Shown here: one piece after another, positions 1-9,689 of the stretch
How the letters are laid out: each line of letters begins with the position of its first letter
How positions within the stretch are numbered: the first letter of the stretch is position 1
Assembly: GCA_046726415.1 (NCBI GenBank)
Contig: JBKPAK010000020.1
Coordinates: 14,040-78,039 of the forward strand
DNA: 64,000 nucleotides
DNA from: Candidatus Methylomirabilota bacterium
Lineage (GTDB): Bacteria; Methylomirabilota; Methylomirabilia; Rokubacteriales; CSP1-6
Reading direction: 5' to 3'
The notes under the pieces: model-generated
Databases searched by the model: none
What the model saw: the letters and a program-made list of their open reading frames with translations, nothing else
What the model was told of the DNA's origin: nothing
Made by a program: the position numbers and the translations under genes

Positions 1-176
1 TCCTCCTGCTGCTGAGATCGAGGCGAGCTGCGCGCCGGCCGTCCGTGTTCTCTGACACCTTCTATAGCCCATCTCGGGGTGCCCCGGGGAGGAACGTCGT
101 CTATACTGGCGCGTATCGGCGGGGCAGCATTCACCGGAGGGGCGGAGGCGCCACGGCGCCGGGAGGGACAGGACGC

Positions 177-662
177 ATGATTCAGGCGCGCAAGCTCGGT
201 CACGTCGTGCTGAAAGTTCGCGATGCCCGGAAGTCCAGGGAGTTTTACACTCGCGCGCTCGGGCTCAAGGTGGCCCACGAGGATCTTGAGCGTGGGACGG
301 TGTTCCTGAGCTTTGGCGAGCAGCACCACGAACTTGCTCTCTTCCAGCTGGCCACCGGCGAGGCACCGCAAGAGAAGCAGCCGGGGCTTCACCACGTGGC
401 CTGGCAGCTCCGAAGTTTCGAGGAACTGCAGGCGGCGTACCGCGAATTGGGTCAGCTCGGGATCGCCGTCGAGTCCACCGTCGAACACAACGTGACGCGC
501 AGCGTGTATTTCCCCGACCCCGATGGCAACCGAGTGGAGCTCTACTGCGACATGGTCGAGCACGGCTTCGAGGCCATGCGTGCCATCGGGCCCAGGAGGG
601 CGCTGCTCGACATGGAGACGGGCGAGGTCGCCGCGGCCCACGAGTCGCGCGCCGACCGGTGA
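177..662 (+). CDS. VOC/glyoxalase family protein (catechol 2,3-dioxygenase-like, single module)
   Basis: Motifs LGHVVLKVRD, GLHHVAW, SVYFPDPDGNRVEL. ATG at 177 follows GGAGGGACAGGA. Confidence 0.85.
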   Translation: MIQARKLGHVVLKVRDARKSREFYTRALGLKVAHEDLERGTVFLSFGEQHHELALFQLATGEAPQEKQPGLHHVAWQLRSFEELQAAYRELGQLGIAVESTVEHNVTRSVYFPDPDGNRVELYCDMVEHGFEAMRAIGPRRALLDMETGEVAAAHESRADR

Positions 663-735
663 CCAGCGCGTAGAGGCTCGGCGCAGGCCGCCGCCCGCGT
701 CGAGCCGTCGCGAGCCTCGTCCCGCCACTCCTGCG

Positions 736-1539
736 TCAGGCGTGGGGGACCCACGGCCAGTACTTGGCGACCGCGCCGGCGTCGATGCGCAGATCGAAGC
801 CGGTGATCATCTCGGCATCATCCGAGGCGAGAAAGGCTGCGGCGCGGGCGTAGTGGCGCGGGCTGGGCAGCTGCCCCATGGGCACCATCTTCTGAAAGTC
901 CAGCATACTGCCGCGCGGCTCTGGCCGCGGTCGACCCCAGGCGGCACCCCGCTCGACGCTCTCCTCGCGGTCGGTCGCCGTGGGCGTGAGGCTGTTGACG
1001 CGGATGCCGTGCTTGGCCAAGTCCATGGCCGCCGCCCGGGTGAAGTTGAGCAGGCCGCTCTTGCTCGTGCAATAGCCGATGTTCCCGGCCTGCCCCTGAT
1101 GGCCGGCGGTGGAGACGATCACGATGATGCAGCCCCGGCGTCCTTGGGCGACCATGAGCCGGGCCACGTGCTTCGTGCAGAGGAACGTGCCCGTGAGGTT
1201 GACGGCGAGCTGGCGGTTCCAGCGTTCGAGCGGCATGTCCAGCACACTCACCCCGCCGAGGATGCCCGCGTTGTTGACGAGGATGTCGACACCGCCGTAT
1301 GTATCGCGGACCCGCGCCACCATCGCTTCCACCTGCGCTTCGTCCGTGACGTCGCAGGCGATACCGAGCGCGATGCCCCCTCGGCCCTTGATCCAGTCGG
1401 CGCACTGGTGCGCGTTCTCCGGCACCACGTCGGCGCACACGACTCGAACCCCCTCGTCGGCGAGCCCCTCGGCAATCCCGCCGCCGATGTTGGGACTGGT
1501 CCCCGTCACGATTGCGATCTTTCCTTCGAGTCGAGCCAT
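736..1539 (-). CDS. SDR family NAD(P)-dependent oxidoreductase
   Basis: Starts MARLEGKIAIVTG; NNAG; catalytic YCTSK; GIRVNS. Start trimmed from the long ORF. Confidence 0.9.
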   Translation of the reverse strand: MARLEGKIAIVTGTSPNIGGGIAEGLADEGVRVVCADVVPENAHQCADWIKGRGGIALGIACDVTDEAQVEAMVARVRDTYGGVDILVNNAGILGGVSVLDMPLERWNRQLAVNLTGTFLCTKHVARLMVAQGRRGCIIVIVSTAGHQGQAGNIGYCTSKSGLLNFTRAAAMDLAKHGIRVNSLTPTATDREESVERGAAWGRPRPEPRGSMLDFQKMVPMGQLPSPRHYARAAAFLASDDAEMITGFDLRIDAGAVAKYWPWVPHA

Positions 1540-1594
1540 CGGCGTCCTCATCCAAGCGCCGGCGGAGCCGGCGCTGGCGCAGGGGACATTGCCA

Positions 1595-1619
1595 CGCGAA
1601 CGGGGAGGTTTGAAAGGGG
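1595..1619. repeat. Partial copy of G-rich intergenic repeat (inverted relative to 3405-3429)
   Basis: CGCGAACGGGGAGGTTTGAAAGGGG matches the reverse complement of 3405-3429 at 22/25 positions. Confidence 0.6.
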
Positions 1620-1628
1620 CACCCGCGC

Positions 1629-3371
1629 TCAGCCTACGCTGCCCCGTATCCCCAGCATCCGCGCGAGCAGCGCACCGGCCAATGAGATCAGCATGATGAT
1701 GCAGGCCACGACAACCGCCTCCTCGAACTTGCGCTGGGCGATGTAGTCGAGCTGCAGGATGGACAGCGGCCGATTGGCGCTGGTGGCCAGCAGGGCGAAG
1801 TTGCCGATGTTGCGCGCGGCCCCCACGAAGGTAATCATTCCCACCGCCATGAGCGTGGGGGCCATCAGCCGCAGCACGATGCGCCGGTAGGTGGCCCACC
1901 ACGAGGCTCCCACGATGCGCGAGGCTTCTTCCAGCTCGCCCCCGAGTTGCATGAGCCCGCTCTTGATGATCTGCACCCCCAGCGGCATACCGGAAATCAC
2001 TCCCGCGATGATCAGCAACGCGGTGGTGCCGTAGAGCGGCTTCAGGATCTCCACGCCCAGGAACAGCCACAAGAGCGCCAAACCCAGGATGATGCCCGGC
2101 ACGGTGAAGGGCAGCCAAGAGATGAAGTCGAGCGCCCGCCGCCCGGCGTAGCGCGTCCGGACGGCGATGTAGGCGATGAGCGAATGCACGAAGATCGTCG
2201 CCACCGCTGTGCCGACGGCGAGGACCAGTGTGTTGTGGAGGGAGCGCAGGAACAGCTCGTCGGTCAGCACCGTCTTCCAGTTGGTCAGGGTCCAAGGATC
2301 GGCGATGTTGAAAAAGCCGAACAGCTTCATGAAGGTGCCGAGCAGGGCGAACAGTACCGGCACCCCCAGCACGATCAGCACCAGGGCCAGCACCAGGCCG
2401 AGGGCCGGGCCGCGCCACCGACCGAGCTGGTGTGGCTGGTTCTGGAACTGCCCGGTGAGCGTGGTGTAGCGGCGCCCCCGCGTCAGCCCCTGCTGCATGA
2501 GCACGAGCGGCAGCATGGCGGCCAGGACCAGGACGGCCAGCGCGGTGGCCGCGTCATAGCGGGGCACCCGGGTGACGATGAGGTCGTAGATCATCGTGCT
2601 GAACACAAAGAAGCGGAACGGCAGACCGAGCACCTGCTCCACCTCGAAGGTCTGCAGCGAGACCATGGTGCCGAGAAGCAACACGGAGAGGATGACCGGC
2701 GCCATCACGGGCAAGGTGATGCTGAGGGCCGTGCGCAGCGTGCTTGCCCCGGCCACGCGCGAGGCTTCCTCGAAGGAGGCGTTCATGTTGCGAAAGGCCG
2801 GTGTCAAGAGAATGACCTTCACCGTCAGCGACCCGGTGACGAGATGGACCCAGACGATGCCCCAGAACGAGTAGATGTTGAACGGGCCGGCCCCCACCAG
2901 CGGCAACGTGGCGAGCCACGTGTTGACCAGACCGTACTCGGGATCGAGGAGGAGGATCCAGCTCAACGTGACGGTGAAGGTGGGCAGGAAGAAAGCTGCC
3001 CAGAAGGCGAACTCGATCCAGCCGCGGCCAGGGAGGTTGGTGCGGGCGAGCAGCCAGGCGATCAGCACGGCGAGCGGCAGCGACAAGAGCTGGCGGACGA
3101 ACGTGACCGTAAGTGTATTGAGGAGCGCCGCGCGCAGTCCTGGCTCGCCGAGGGCGGCACGCCAGCCGTCCAGTCCGTACGCCGAGGGTTGTCCCGGGGC
3201 CGCCACTTGAAAGCTCTGGATCACCACGAGGAGCACGGGAAAGACGACGCAGAACGCCACGACCGCGAGGACAACGGTGCAGAGCACGGCCTGCATCTCG
3301 ATCCTGCGTGGGAGGGCAAAACGCGCGGGATGGACGACCTCCCGTTCAAGTGCCGACCTCGCCGGCGTCAC
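1629..3371 (-). CDS. ABC transporter permease, duplicated-domain FbpB/iron(III)-type
   Basis: Hydrophobic protein with two EAA loops (FEEASRVAGAS, LEEASRIVGAS). Confidence 0.9.
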   Translation of the reverse strand: MTPARSALEREVVHPARFALPRRIEMQAVLCTVVLAVVAFCVVFPVLLVVIQSFQVAAPGQPSAYGLDGWRAALGEPGLRAALLNTLTVTFVRQLLSLPLAVLIAWLLARTNLPGRGWIEFAFWAAFFLPTFTVTLSWILLLDPEYGLVNTWLATLPLVGAGPFNIYSFWGIVWVHLVTGSLTVKVILLTPAFRNMNASFEEASRVAGASTLRTALSITLPVMAPVILSVLLLGTMVSLQTFEVEQVLGLPFRFFVFSTMIYDLIVTRVPRYDAATALAVLVLAAMLPLVLMQQGLTRGRRYTTLTGQFQNQPHQLGRWRGPALGLVLALVLIVLGVPVLFALLGTFMKLFGFFNIADPWTLTNWKTVLTDELFLRSLHNTLVLAVGTAVATIFVHSLIAYIAVRTRYAGRRALDFISWLPFTVPGIILGLALLWLFLGVEILKPLYGTTALLIIAGVISGMPLGVQIIKSGLMQLGGELEEASRIVGASWWATYRRIVLRLMAPTLMAVGMITFVGAARNIGNFALLATSANRPLSILQLDYIAQRKFEEAVVVACIIMLISLAGALLARMLGIRGSVG

Positions 3372-3390
3372 GGCGTGGCCCCCTCATGGT

Positions 3391-3429
3391 GGAGGGGGCC
3401 TGGACCCCCTCCAAACCTCCCCATTCGCG
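3391..3429. repeat. REP-like hairpin repeat between ATPase and permease
   Basis: GGAGGGGG/CCCCCTCC stem followed by CCAAACCTCCCCATTCGCG; related to the 1595, 9690 and 63403 elements. Confidence 0.6.
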
Positions 3430-3447
3430 CGAGGTGCCACACTGACC

Positions 3448-4587
3448 TCACGCCGGCCACACGCTCACCGTATCCGGCGGGAAGGCGAGCTGCAGGCGCT
3501 GACCCTCTCGCCAGTCGCGCGCACGGGGCAGGAGCAACAGGATGCTGTGTTCCCCTCCCACGGCCACGCGCGCCTCGTATCGGTCGCCCACGAAGAGGAG
3601 CGTCTCGATCACCCCGGTCAGCGCGTTCTCGGGTGACTCTCGACGGTCGCCCAGCGCCACCTCGATGTCTTCCGGCCGGATAGCGAGGTGTGCGTCCGCG
3701 CCCGGTGCAAGGGTGGCGCTCGGCGCCGCCCGGCCCACCAGGGTGCATCCGGCCAGCGCTCCATTCATCTCGACGGCGACGGTTTCCGGATGGCCCGAGG
3801 CGGGATGGCCGACGCGGCCGCGCAGGATCACCGTCTGGCCCACGAAGTCGCGGATGAACGCGGACCCGGGCTGCTCGTACAGGCTGCGCGGCGGTCCGAC
3901 CTGCTCGACGCGTCCGCGCTGCATCACCGCGATGCGATCCGAGAGGCTGAGCGCCTCAATCTGGTCGTGCGTGACGAAGAGGACGGTAATGCCGAGCCGT
4001 CGCTGGAGCAGCTTCAGCTCGACCCGCATCTGTTCCCGCAGCTTGGCGTCCAGGTTGCTGAACGGCTCGTCCAGCAACAGGAGATCGGGCTCGTACACCA
4101 GCGCGCGACACAGGGCCAGGCGCTGCATCTGACCGCCGCTGAGGAGCGTGGCCGCTCGTCTCTCCAGTCCGGTGAGTCCCACCAGGTCGAGCACGCGCGC
4201 CACCTTCTCGCGGATGACGGCGCGCGTCACGCCTCGGAGCTCGAGCGGGTAGGCGACGTTCTCGAACACGGTCATGTGGGGCCAGATCGCATACGATTGG
4301 AACACCATGCCGAGGTTCCGCTTGTGCGGCGGCACGAACAGGCGCCGCGACGCCGACGCCACGACGCGACCGCGCAGGGTGATCTCGCCAGCATCGGGAT
4401 GCTCCAGGCCGGCGACGAGGCGCAAGGTGGTGGTCTTGCCACAGCCGCTGGGCCCGAGCAACGTGAACACCTCGCCCCGCCCGATCTCGAGCGAGGCCTG
4501 GTCGACAGCGGGCGCCTGACCGAACAGCTTGCATACGCGGTCGAGGGTGAGGACCGTACCGCCGGTACCGGGCTCCGTCGCCCCCAC
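3448..4587 (-). CDS. ABC transporter ATP-binding protein (FbpC/PotA-like, C-terminal TOBE)
   Basis: Walker A GPSGCGKT, signature LSGGQ, Walker B LLLLDEP, VTHDQ. The GTG start at 4587 is approximate. Confidence 0.9.
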   Translation of the reverse strand: MGATEPGTGGTVLTLDRVCKLFGQAPAVDQASLEIGRGEVFTLLGPSGCGKTTTLRLVAGLEHPDAGEITLRGRVVASASRRLFVPPHKRNLGMVFQSYAIWPHMTVFENVAYPLELRGVTRAVIREKVARVLDLVGLTGLERRAATLLSGGQMQRLALCRALVYEPDLLLLDEPFSNLDAKLREQMRVELKLLQRRLGITVLFVTHDQIEALSLSDRIAVMQRGRVEQVGPPRSLYEQPGSAFIRDFVGQTVILRGRVGHPASGHPETVAVEMNGALAGCTLVGRAAPSATLAPGADAHLAIRPEDIEVALGDRRESPENALTGVIETLLFVGDRYEARVAVGGEHSILLLLPRARDWREGQRLQLAFPPDTVSVWPA

Positions 4588-4601
4588 CTTACGGCCTCGT
4601 C

Positions 4602-5708
4602 CTACTTGATCACCGCTTTGGCGATGTCCTGCGTCTTGACGACTTCCGGCAGGTTCTCCTCCGAGTCCACCTGGAAGAGCTTGGCGCCCCTCGGCACCAC
4701 GAGCTGAGGGTTCCCCGGCTCGACGCCCACACGGCGGCTGTTCGTCTCGACGTCCTTTGCCCAGAGCACTTGGGCCTCCTTGGTGAGCAACCAGTTGATG
4801 AAAACTTTCGCCGCGTTCGGGTGCGGCGCCCGGTTGATCAGCCACAGGGTGGAACTGAAGTTGACGGTGTCCATCTCGGGGAAGTGCAGGAGCTTGAGGT
4901 TCTTGCCGAGCCCCTGGCGCTGGAACTGGCCGAGGAGCAGGGGGTTGATGCCGAGACCAAGGGGATAGCGCCCCCGGACCATGAACTCAGCCATCTGGCG
5001 GGTATCTCGGCTCAGTACCGGTTCCTGGTCCACGAACAGGCGCCTGATGATGTCGTCGCCGAGATTGAGGCGCGCGCTGGTCATCGGCCAGAAGGCGTCG
5101 CCCATCACGCGCACGTCCGGCAGCAACAGCTTGCCCTTCCACTTCGGGTTGAGCAGCTCGGTGAACCCCTTGATCTCTTCCTTGACCAGATCGGTGTTGA
5201 CCGTGATGCCGCCCCCGCGATTCGCCACAAAGCCGTAGGTGAGCGCGCGGTCCTTCGCGAGAGAGAACCCTCGCTCGAACCCGCCCTCCCAGCCGGCGTC
5301 GTCTTTCGCCTCGGGCAAGACGATCGCCGGCCGAATGGGATCCCACACACCGGCCGGCCGCAGTACCTGAAAGGCCGTGCTGGTGGGGATCGTGGCCACG
5401 TCCCAGGTGTAGAGGCCGGCCTGACGCTCCTGGAGGATGCGCGGGGCAAAGTTCTGCGAGTGGAGCTGGGTGTGCTCCAGCTTGATCTCGGGATAGGCCT
5501 GGGTGAAGGCCTTGAGGGCGCGACCGAAGCCCTCGCCCGGAAAGGTGTTGACGACGACCTTGCCTTCTTTCTTGGCCGCCGCCACCGCCTGCGCCCACTC
5601 GGGGGGCGTGGACGCCACGGCTACCGTGGGCGCGGCCATTGCGCCGGCCGCGCCTCCCAGCACCGCCGCTCGCAGCAGGTCGCGGCGGCTCATCCGCTCA
5701 TCGGGCAT
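4602..5708 (-). CDS. ABC extracellular solute-binding protein, Tat-exported
   Basis: SRRDLL twin-arginine signal; AAAKKEGK and APHPNAAKVFINWLL motifs. Confidence 0.88.
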   Translation of the reverse strand: MPDERMSRRDLLRAAVLGGAAGAMAAPTVAVASTPPEWAQAVAAAKKEGKVVVNTFPGEGFGRALKAFTQAYPEIKLEHTQLHSQNFAPRILQERQAGLYTWDVATIPTSTAFQVLRPAGVWDPIRPAIVLPEAKDDAGWEGGFERGFSLAKDRALTYGFVANRGGGITVNTDLVKEEIKGFTELLNPKWKGKLLLPDVRVMGDAFWPMTSARLNLGDDIIRRLFVDQEPVLSRDTRQMAEFMVRGRYPLGLGINPLLLGQFQRQGLGKNLKLLHFPEMDTVNFSSTLWLINRAPHPNAAKVFINWLLTKEAQVLWAKDVETNSRRVGVEPGNPQLVVPRGAKLFQVDSEENLPEVVKTQDIAKAVIK

Positions 5709-5758
5709 GTCGGTGCCTCCCGTCGACACGGCGTTTGCGGTCGTCGGCGCGCCGGCGA

Positions 5759-7096
5759 TTACCGCGCCGCGGCTTTGGCCCGGGCCTGCTCCTGGAGGTA
5801 CCGCACCGACACGCGACTGACGGGGACATCCTCGGGCGCCATCCCGTCGGGGTTGCGGTACTCGAACGGGGCGTGGCGGCCGCCGAAGTGCTTGCTCACC
5901 ACCAAGCGCCGCCACTGGATCACTTCGGCATCAGTCCCCGACAGCTTCTCGGGCGTGTCGTAGCGCTGATTGAGCATCACGCGCTCGTCCTGGCGCGAGA
6001 AGTTGTACTCGATGATCCACCGGTGCATGGCCGCGTAGAGAAACCGTTGCCAGACACTCGCGAGCGCGCTCTGGGGTCGGAGGTAGTGGTAGTACCACAC
6101 CCGCGTCAGGTTCTCCTCGACGGGCACGCACATGCGGGTGTAGAGATCGTAGGCGAACTCGGCGCGGAACATGCCAGGGAGGTGGTGGCCGCTGCACCAC
6201 CGCGAGGATCGCGGGGGCGGGATGTTGCGCCGCGCCCGCTCCGCGAGCGGCCGGAGCAGCCAGGTCCAGGCGCGGCGATAGTTGGTCTTCGGCCACCGCC
6301 AGCCGTTGGCATACACGTCGTACGAGGGGTTCCGGCGCAGGTAGTTGCTCTCGGAGACATCGCCGCCGAAGCCGTTGCCCACGTAGATGGGGTGCTCGCC
6401 CTGGGCCCCGCGCGCGATGAAGCCGGTGCGGGCCACCACAAGGGCGTTGCGGTGCACGTAGTTCACATGAGAATCCATCGAGTTCTCGAGGGCCACTTCC
6501 CAGTTGCACCGCCAGTACACCTGGCCGGTGAGGACGAGGGCGTCCGCGTCGAAGAACTCCTCGGGAACGTCCTCCTCGATGGGCGCGGGCTCCTCGTCGC
6601 CGATCCAGACGAACACCAGACCCTTCAGGGTGCGCGTCGGGTAGACCTTCGCCTCGGTGCCCGGCTTGCCGCACACGCCCGAGTCCGGACCTTCGGAGAG
6701 GACGGCCACGTTCTTCCCGGACTCGTCGTACACCCAGCCGTGGTACGGGCAGGCCACCGTTCCGCGGTAGTGACAATCGCCCTCGCTGAGGCGCGCTCCC
6801 CGATGCGGGCACACGTCTTGGATGGCCGCGACGTCGCCGTTGGCCCCGCGGAAGAAGCAGATGTCCTCTCCCAGCATGGAGACCTTCACCGGCTTGCGCG
6901 ACCCCACCGTGCGGGCGTTCAGCGCGGGGTACCAGTAGTTGCGCAGACCGAGCTTGGGTATGAAATGCCGGATGTCCCCACTCAGCTTGGGGATGCCGCC
7001 GTTGACCGGCCGCGGAGGCTCTTGACCGGCCACGCGGACGCGCGGGGCTCGCAGGGAGTCGTGGTTCAGCACGCCGGTCTCCTCGTGGGCGCTCAC
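5759..7096 (-). CDS. Rieske non-heme iron oxygenase, CarAa/2-oxoquinoline 8-monooxygenase-like
   Basis: LGLRNYWYP; Rieske CPHRG...CPYHG; mononuclear Fe region ENSMDSHVNYVH. GTG start overlaps the upstream stop. Confidence 0.85.
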   Translation of the reverse strand: MSAHEETGVLNHDSLRAPRVRVAGQEPPRPVNGGIPKLSGDIRHFIPKLGLRNYWYPALNARTVGSRKPVKVSMLGEDICFFRGANGDVAAIQDVCPHRGARLSEGDCHYRGTVACPYHGWVYDESGKNVAVLSEGPDSGVCGKPGTEAKVYPTRTLKGLVFVWIGDEEPAPIEEDVPEEFFDADALVLTGQVYWRCNWEVALENSMDSHVNYVHRNALVVARTGFIARGAQGEHPIYVGNGFGGDVSESNYLRRNPSYDVYANGWRWPKTNYRRAWTWLLRPLAERARRNIPPPRSSRWCSGHHLPGMFRAEFAYDLYTRMCVPVEENLTRVWYYHYLRPQSALASVWQRFLYAAMHRWIIEYNFSRQDERVMLNQRYDTPEKLSGTDAEVIQWRRLVVSKHFGGRHAPFEYRNPDGMAPEDVPVSRVSVRYLQEQARAKAAAR

Positions 7097-8145
7097 GGCC
7101 TGAAAACCGCGAAGCACTTGTTGGAGTTGAACGACCACGTCTCGATGAATTCACACGCATCGGGGGTGCGACCCAGCTCTTCCATGGCGCCGGCGAGCAT
7201 GTACCAGTTGAGCATCTCCTGCTGGCCTGAGGCCTCGATGGCGGCGAGCGGCGTGGCGCGCCAGGTCGCGTAGTCGCCGATCCGGAGCGCCTCGTAGAGC
7301 CGCCGGTCCGACTCGATGTCGGGGTAGAGCTGGTGGTTCTTGTCCGTGAGGAAGGCGTGCGACCAGCTCGACGACGCGATCAAAGCCGTGCGCCAGGGAC
7401 TGTCGCGCATGGCCCGGACCGTCGCCGCCCCGACCTCCATGCACCGTTTCGGCGTGGGCGACGGCGGGTCCAGATCGGCCTCGGCGAGTGGACGGGAAAG
7501 ACTACCGCGACCGCCTCGCTGGGAGATGACCCGCCGGCCGTAGCAGTTCACCTGGAAGGCAAGCACGGGGTAGGGAAACCCGACCCGGTCGTAGTCCAGG
7601 TACAGGATCGTGTTGAGGAAGGCGTGCGCCAGCCCGGTGTGATGCAATGGCTGGTAGGCGTATGCCATGTCGACGCCCGCCTCGAGCAGCTGCCGCGCGA
7701 GGTACTTCCCGGCTTCCCGGTGTCCGGCGATACGGAAGACTGTGTCTGGCCCTTCGCCCCAGATGTTGGCGGCGGCATCGCGCTGACGGTGCCGCGCCTC
7801 GATCCGGTCGTAGGCGAGGATGCAGAAGGGCGGGATGATGTCCTCCGTAAAGTTCTCGTGCTGATCGTCGCCCCAGATCACCACGACATCCGGGCGGAAC
7901 TCGTCGAGGATCTTGCGGGCATCGCGGAAGTGGGAGACGAGACTCTGGCGATGCACGGCGGCGGACGCGGTGCCGCCATCCTCCCCGTACTCGCGGCGCA
8001 TGGGCTCCGGCCAATTGGCGGAGTCCCGGTAGCGCTCCGGCAGGCCCGGATCCCGGAGTACGGTGCGCAGGATGCCGGCCATGTCCGTGTCCGCTCCGAT
8101 GAGCGGCGGATAGTGGGTGACGCCCAGTCCGAGGATTTCGCCCAT
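7093..8145 (-). CDS. Extradiol ring-cleavage dioxygenase, class III (LigB-like fold)
   Basis: Motifs GLGVTHYP, PDVVVIWGDDQHENF, LAHAF, ASSSWSHAF. Confidence 0.8.
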   Translation of the reverse strand: MGEILGLGVTHYPPLIGADTDMAGILRTVLRDPGLPERYRDSANWPEPMRREYGEDGGTASAAVHRQSLVSHFRDARKILDEFRPDVVVIWGDDQHENFTEDIIPPFCILAYDRIEARHRQRDAAANIWGEGPDTVFRIAGHREAGKYLARQLLEAGVDMAYAYQPLHHTGLAHAFLNTILYLDYDRVGFPYPVLAFQVNCYGRRVISQRGGRGSLSRPLAEADLDPPSPTPKRCMEVGAATVRAMRDSPWRTALIASSSWSHAFLTDKNHQLYPDIESDRRLYEALRIGDYATWRATPLAAIEASGQQEMLNWYMLAGAMEELGRTPDACEFIETWSFNSNKCFAVFRP

Positions 8146-8228
8146 GCTGAGTCCCTCCCTGCGCTCGCCAACGCGTTGCCGCCGCCCCGGTGAGTTGGCG
8201 GCAGGGCTCCGCGCAAGCGCTTGCTCGG

Positions 8229-8257
8229 ACCATAGCCAGCCGAAGCCGAGTTGTCAA
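8229..8257 (-). promoter_or_regulatory. Sigma70-type promoter for the extradiol/Rieske/ABC operon
   Basis: Minus-strand TTGACA (8257-8252), 17 nt spacer, TATGGT (8234-8229). Confidence 0.65.
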
Positions 8258-8341
8258 AGGTCAGGTTGGCGCGTGCTGGTTGGCTCGGGAAGGGTCTAGA
8301 ATCCGGAGGGCGGACCTCGTCTTCGAACCCGGAGGGCATCC

Positions 8342-9577
8342 ATGGGAGCATATCGGCGCATCAACGTCGCCTCGGGCAGACCTCTGGAGAAGCTGGCGCA
8401 CTACTCGCGGGCCCTGAGGGCCGGCGACACCGTTCTGCAGTCGGGCACGACAGCCATCGATCGGCAGGGCAACGTCCACGGCGTTGGAGACGTGGCCAAG
8501 CAGGTCGACGCCATCATGCGCATCGCCGAGTGGAGCATGGGCAAAGCGGACGGTCGGCTCGCGGACGTCGTGAGGAGTCGCATCTACGTGACCGACATCT
8601 CCCTGGCCGACCAGGCGGCCCGCGCCCTGGCGAACTACTTCCGGGACGCGCGGCCGGTCTCCACCCTGGTGCAGGTGAACCGCCTGGCCCGGCCCGAGCA
8701 GCTCATCGAGATCGAGTTCGACGCCGTGGACGGCGCCGGGGGGAAGGCGCAGCGCATCTCATCGGGACGGACCATCGAGGATGAGTATGCCTACTCCCGC
8801 GGGGTACGGGTGGGGGATCGCGTCTTCATCGCCGGCACCACCGCGCTGAGCCCGCGGGGCATCGTCGAAGGGCCCGGTGACATGTATCGGCAGACTCGCG
8901 CGACGATGGAAACGATCCTCTGGGCGCTGGCCCAGGCCGGCGGCACGCCCGGCGATGTCGTCTATACGAAGACGTTCTTGACCGATCTCAGCAAGGCGCC
9001 CGACTACACCCGAGCCTGGCTGGAAGCGCTGGGCGACGTCCGCCCCACGTCGACGTTGCTCGGCATCCCTGGCCTGGTGCGCCCTGAGATGCTCATCGAG
9101 ATCGAGGCGGAAGCGATCATCGGTGCTGGCGGGTCGCGTCGGGACATCTACACAGAGCGCCAGCGGGAGAAGCCGCGCGGCTACGCCCGCGCGGTAGAGG
9201 TCGGCGACCGAGTCTACGTGAGCGGCTGTACCTCGTTGAACCCGGCGGGGGAGGTCGAGGCCCCGGGCGACTGGGCAGCTCAATCCGATGCGGCCCACAG
9301 GGCCATCCAGTGGGCGCTGGCGCAGACCGGCGCCACGCTCGACGACGTGATCCGGCGGCGAACCTTCACCGTGGAAACCGCCGAAGTGAACCGACCCCAC
9401 GGAGAAGGGCCGGCGTGGTTTGCCAGGAGCCATCCGGTGTCCCTTGGGTGTCGCACCGCTGGCCTGGCCCGTCCGGAGCTCCTCGTCGAGGTCGAGGTCG
9501 CTGCCCTCAAAGGCGCCGGCGCCGGCATCGAATGGATCCCGCCCGACGACATTGACCCGCTCGAGAGAATCACCTGA
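8342..9577 (+). CDS. Rid (YjgF/YER057c/UK114) family protein with three tandem domains
   Basis: Three repeats of YSR/YAR..GD....SG/AG-T and L.RPE.L(I/V)E(I/V)E. Confidence 0.85.
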   Translation: MGAYRRINVASGRPLEKLAHYSRALRAGDTVLQSGTTAIDRQGNVHGVGDVAKQVDAIMRIAEWSMGKADGRLADVVRSRIYVTDISLADQAARALANYFRDARPVSTLVQVNRLARPEQLIEIEFDAVDGAGGKAQRISSGRTIEDEYAYSRGVRVGDRVFIAGTTALSPRGIVEGPGDMYRQTRATMETILWALAQAGGTPGDVVYTKTFLTDLSKAPDYTRAWLEALGDVRPTSTLLGIPGLVRPEMLIEIEAEAIIGAGGSRRDIYTERQREKPRGYARAVEVGDRVYVSGCTSLNPAGEVEAPGDWAAQSDAAHRAIQWALAQTGATLDDVIRRRTFTVETAEVNRPHGEGPAWFARSHPVSLGCRTAGLARPELLVEVEVAALKGAGAGIEWIPPDDIDPLERIT

Positions 9578-9689
9578 GCCGGACAGCGATCTCGAATGAC
9601 GGACGATGAAGGACCTTCAGAACCCTGCGCAGCGTCGGAGGGATGAAGAGACGGTTCGAACGCGATCACGCACCTCCATACGCGGGGCA

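Noticed and set aside
1947-3683. Long antisense and alternate-frame ORFs (also 5639-7273, 22734-25226, 34991-36427, 55047-56909)
   Set aside because: Shadow ORFs of well-supported genes in high-GC DNA, with no recognisable motifs.
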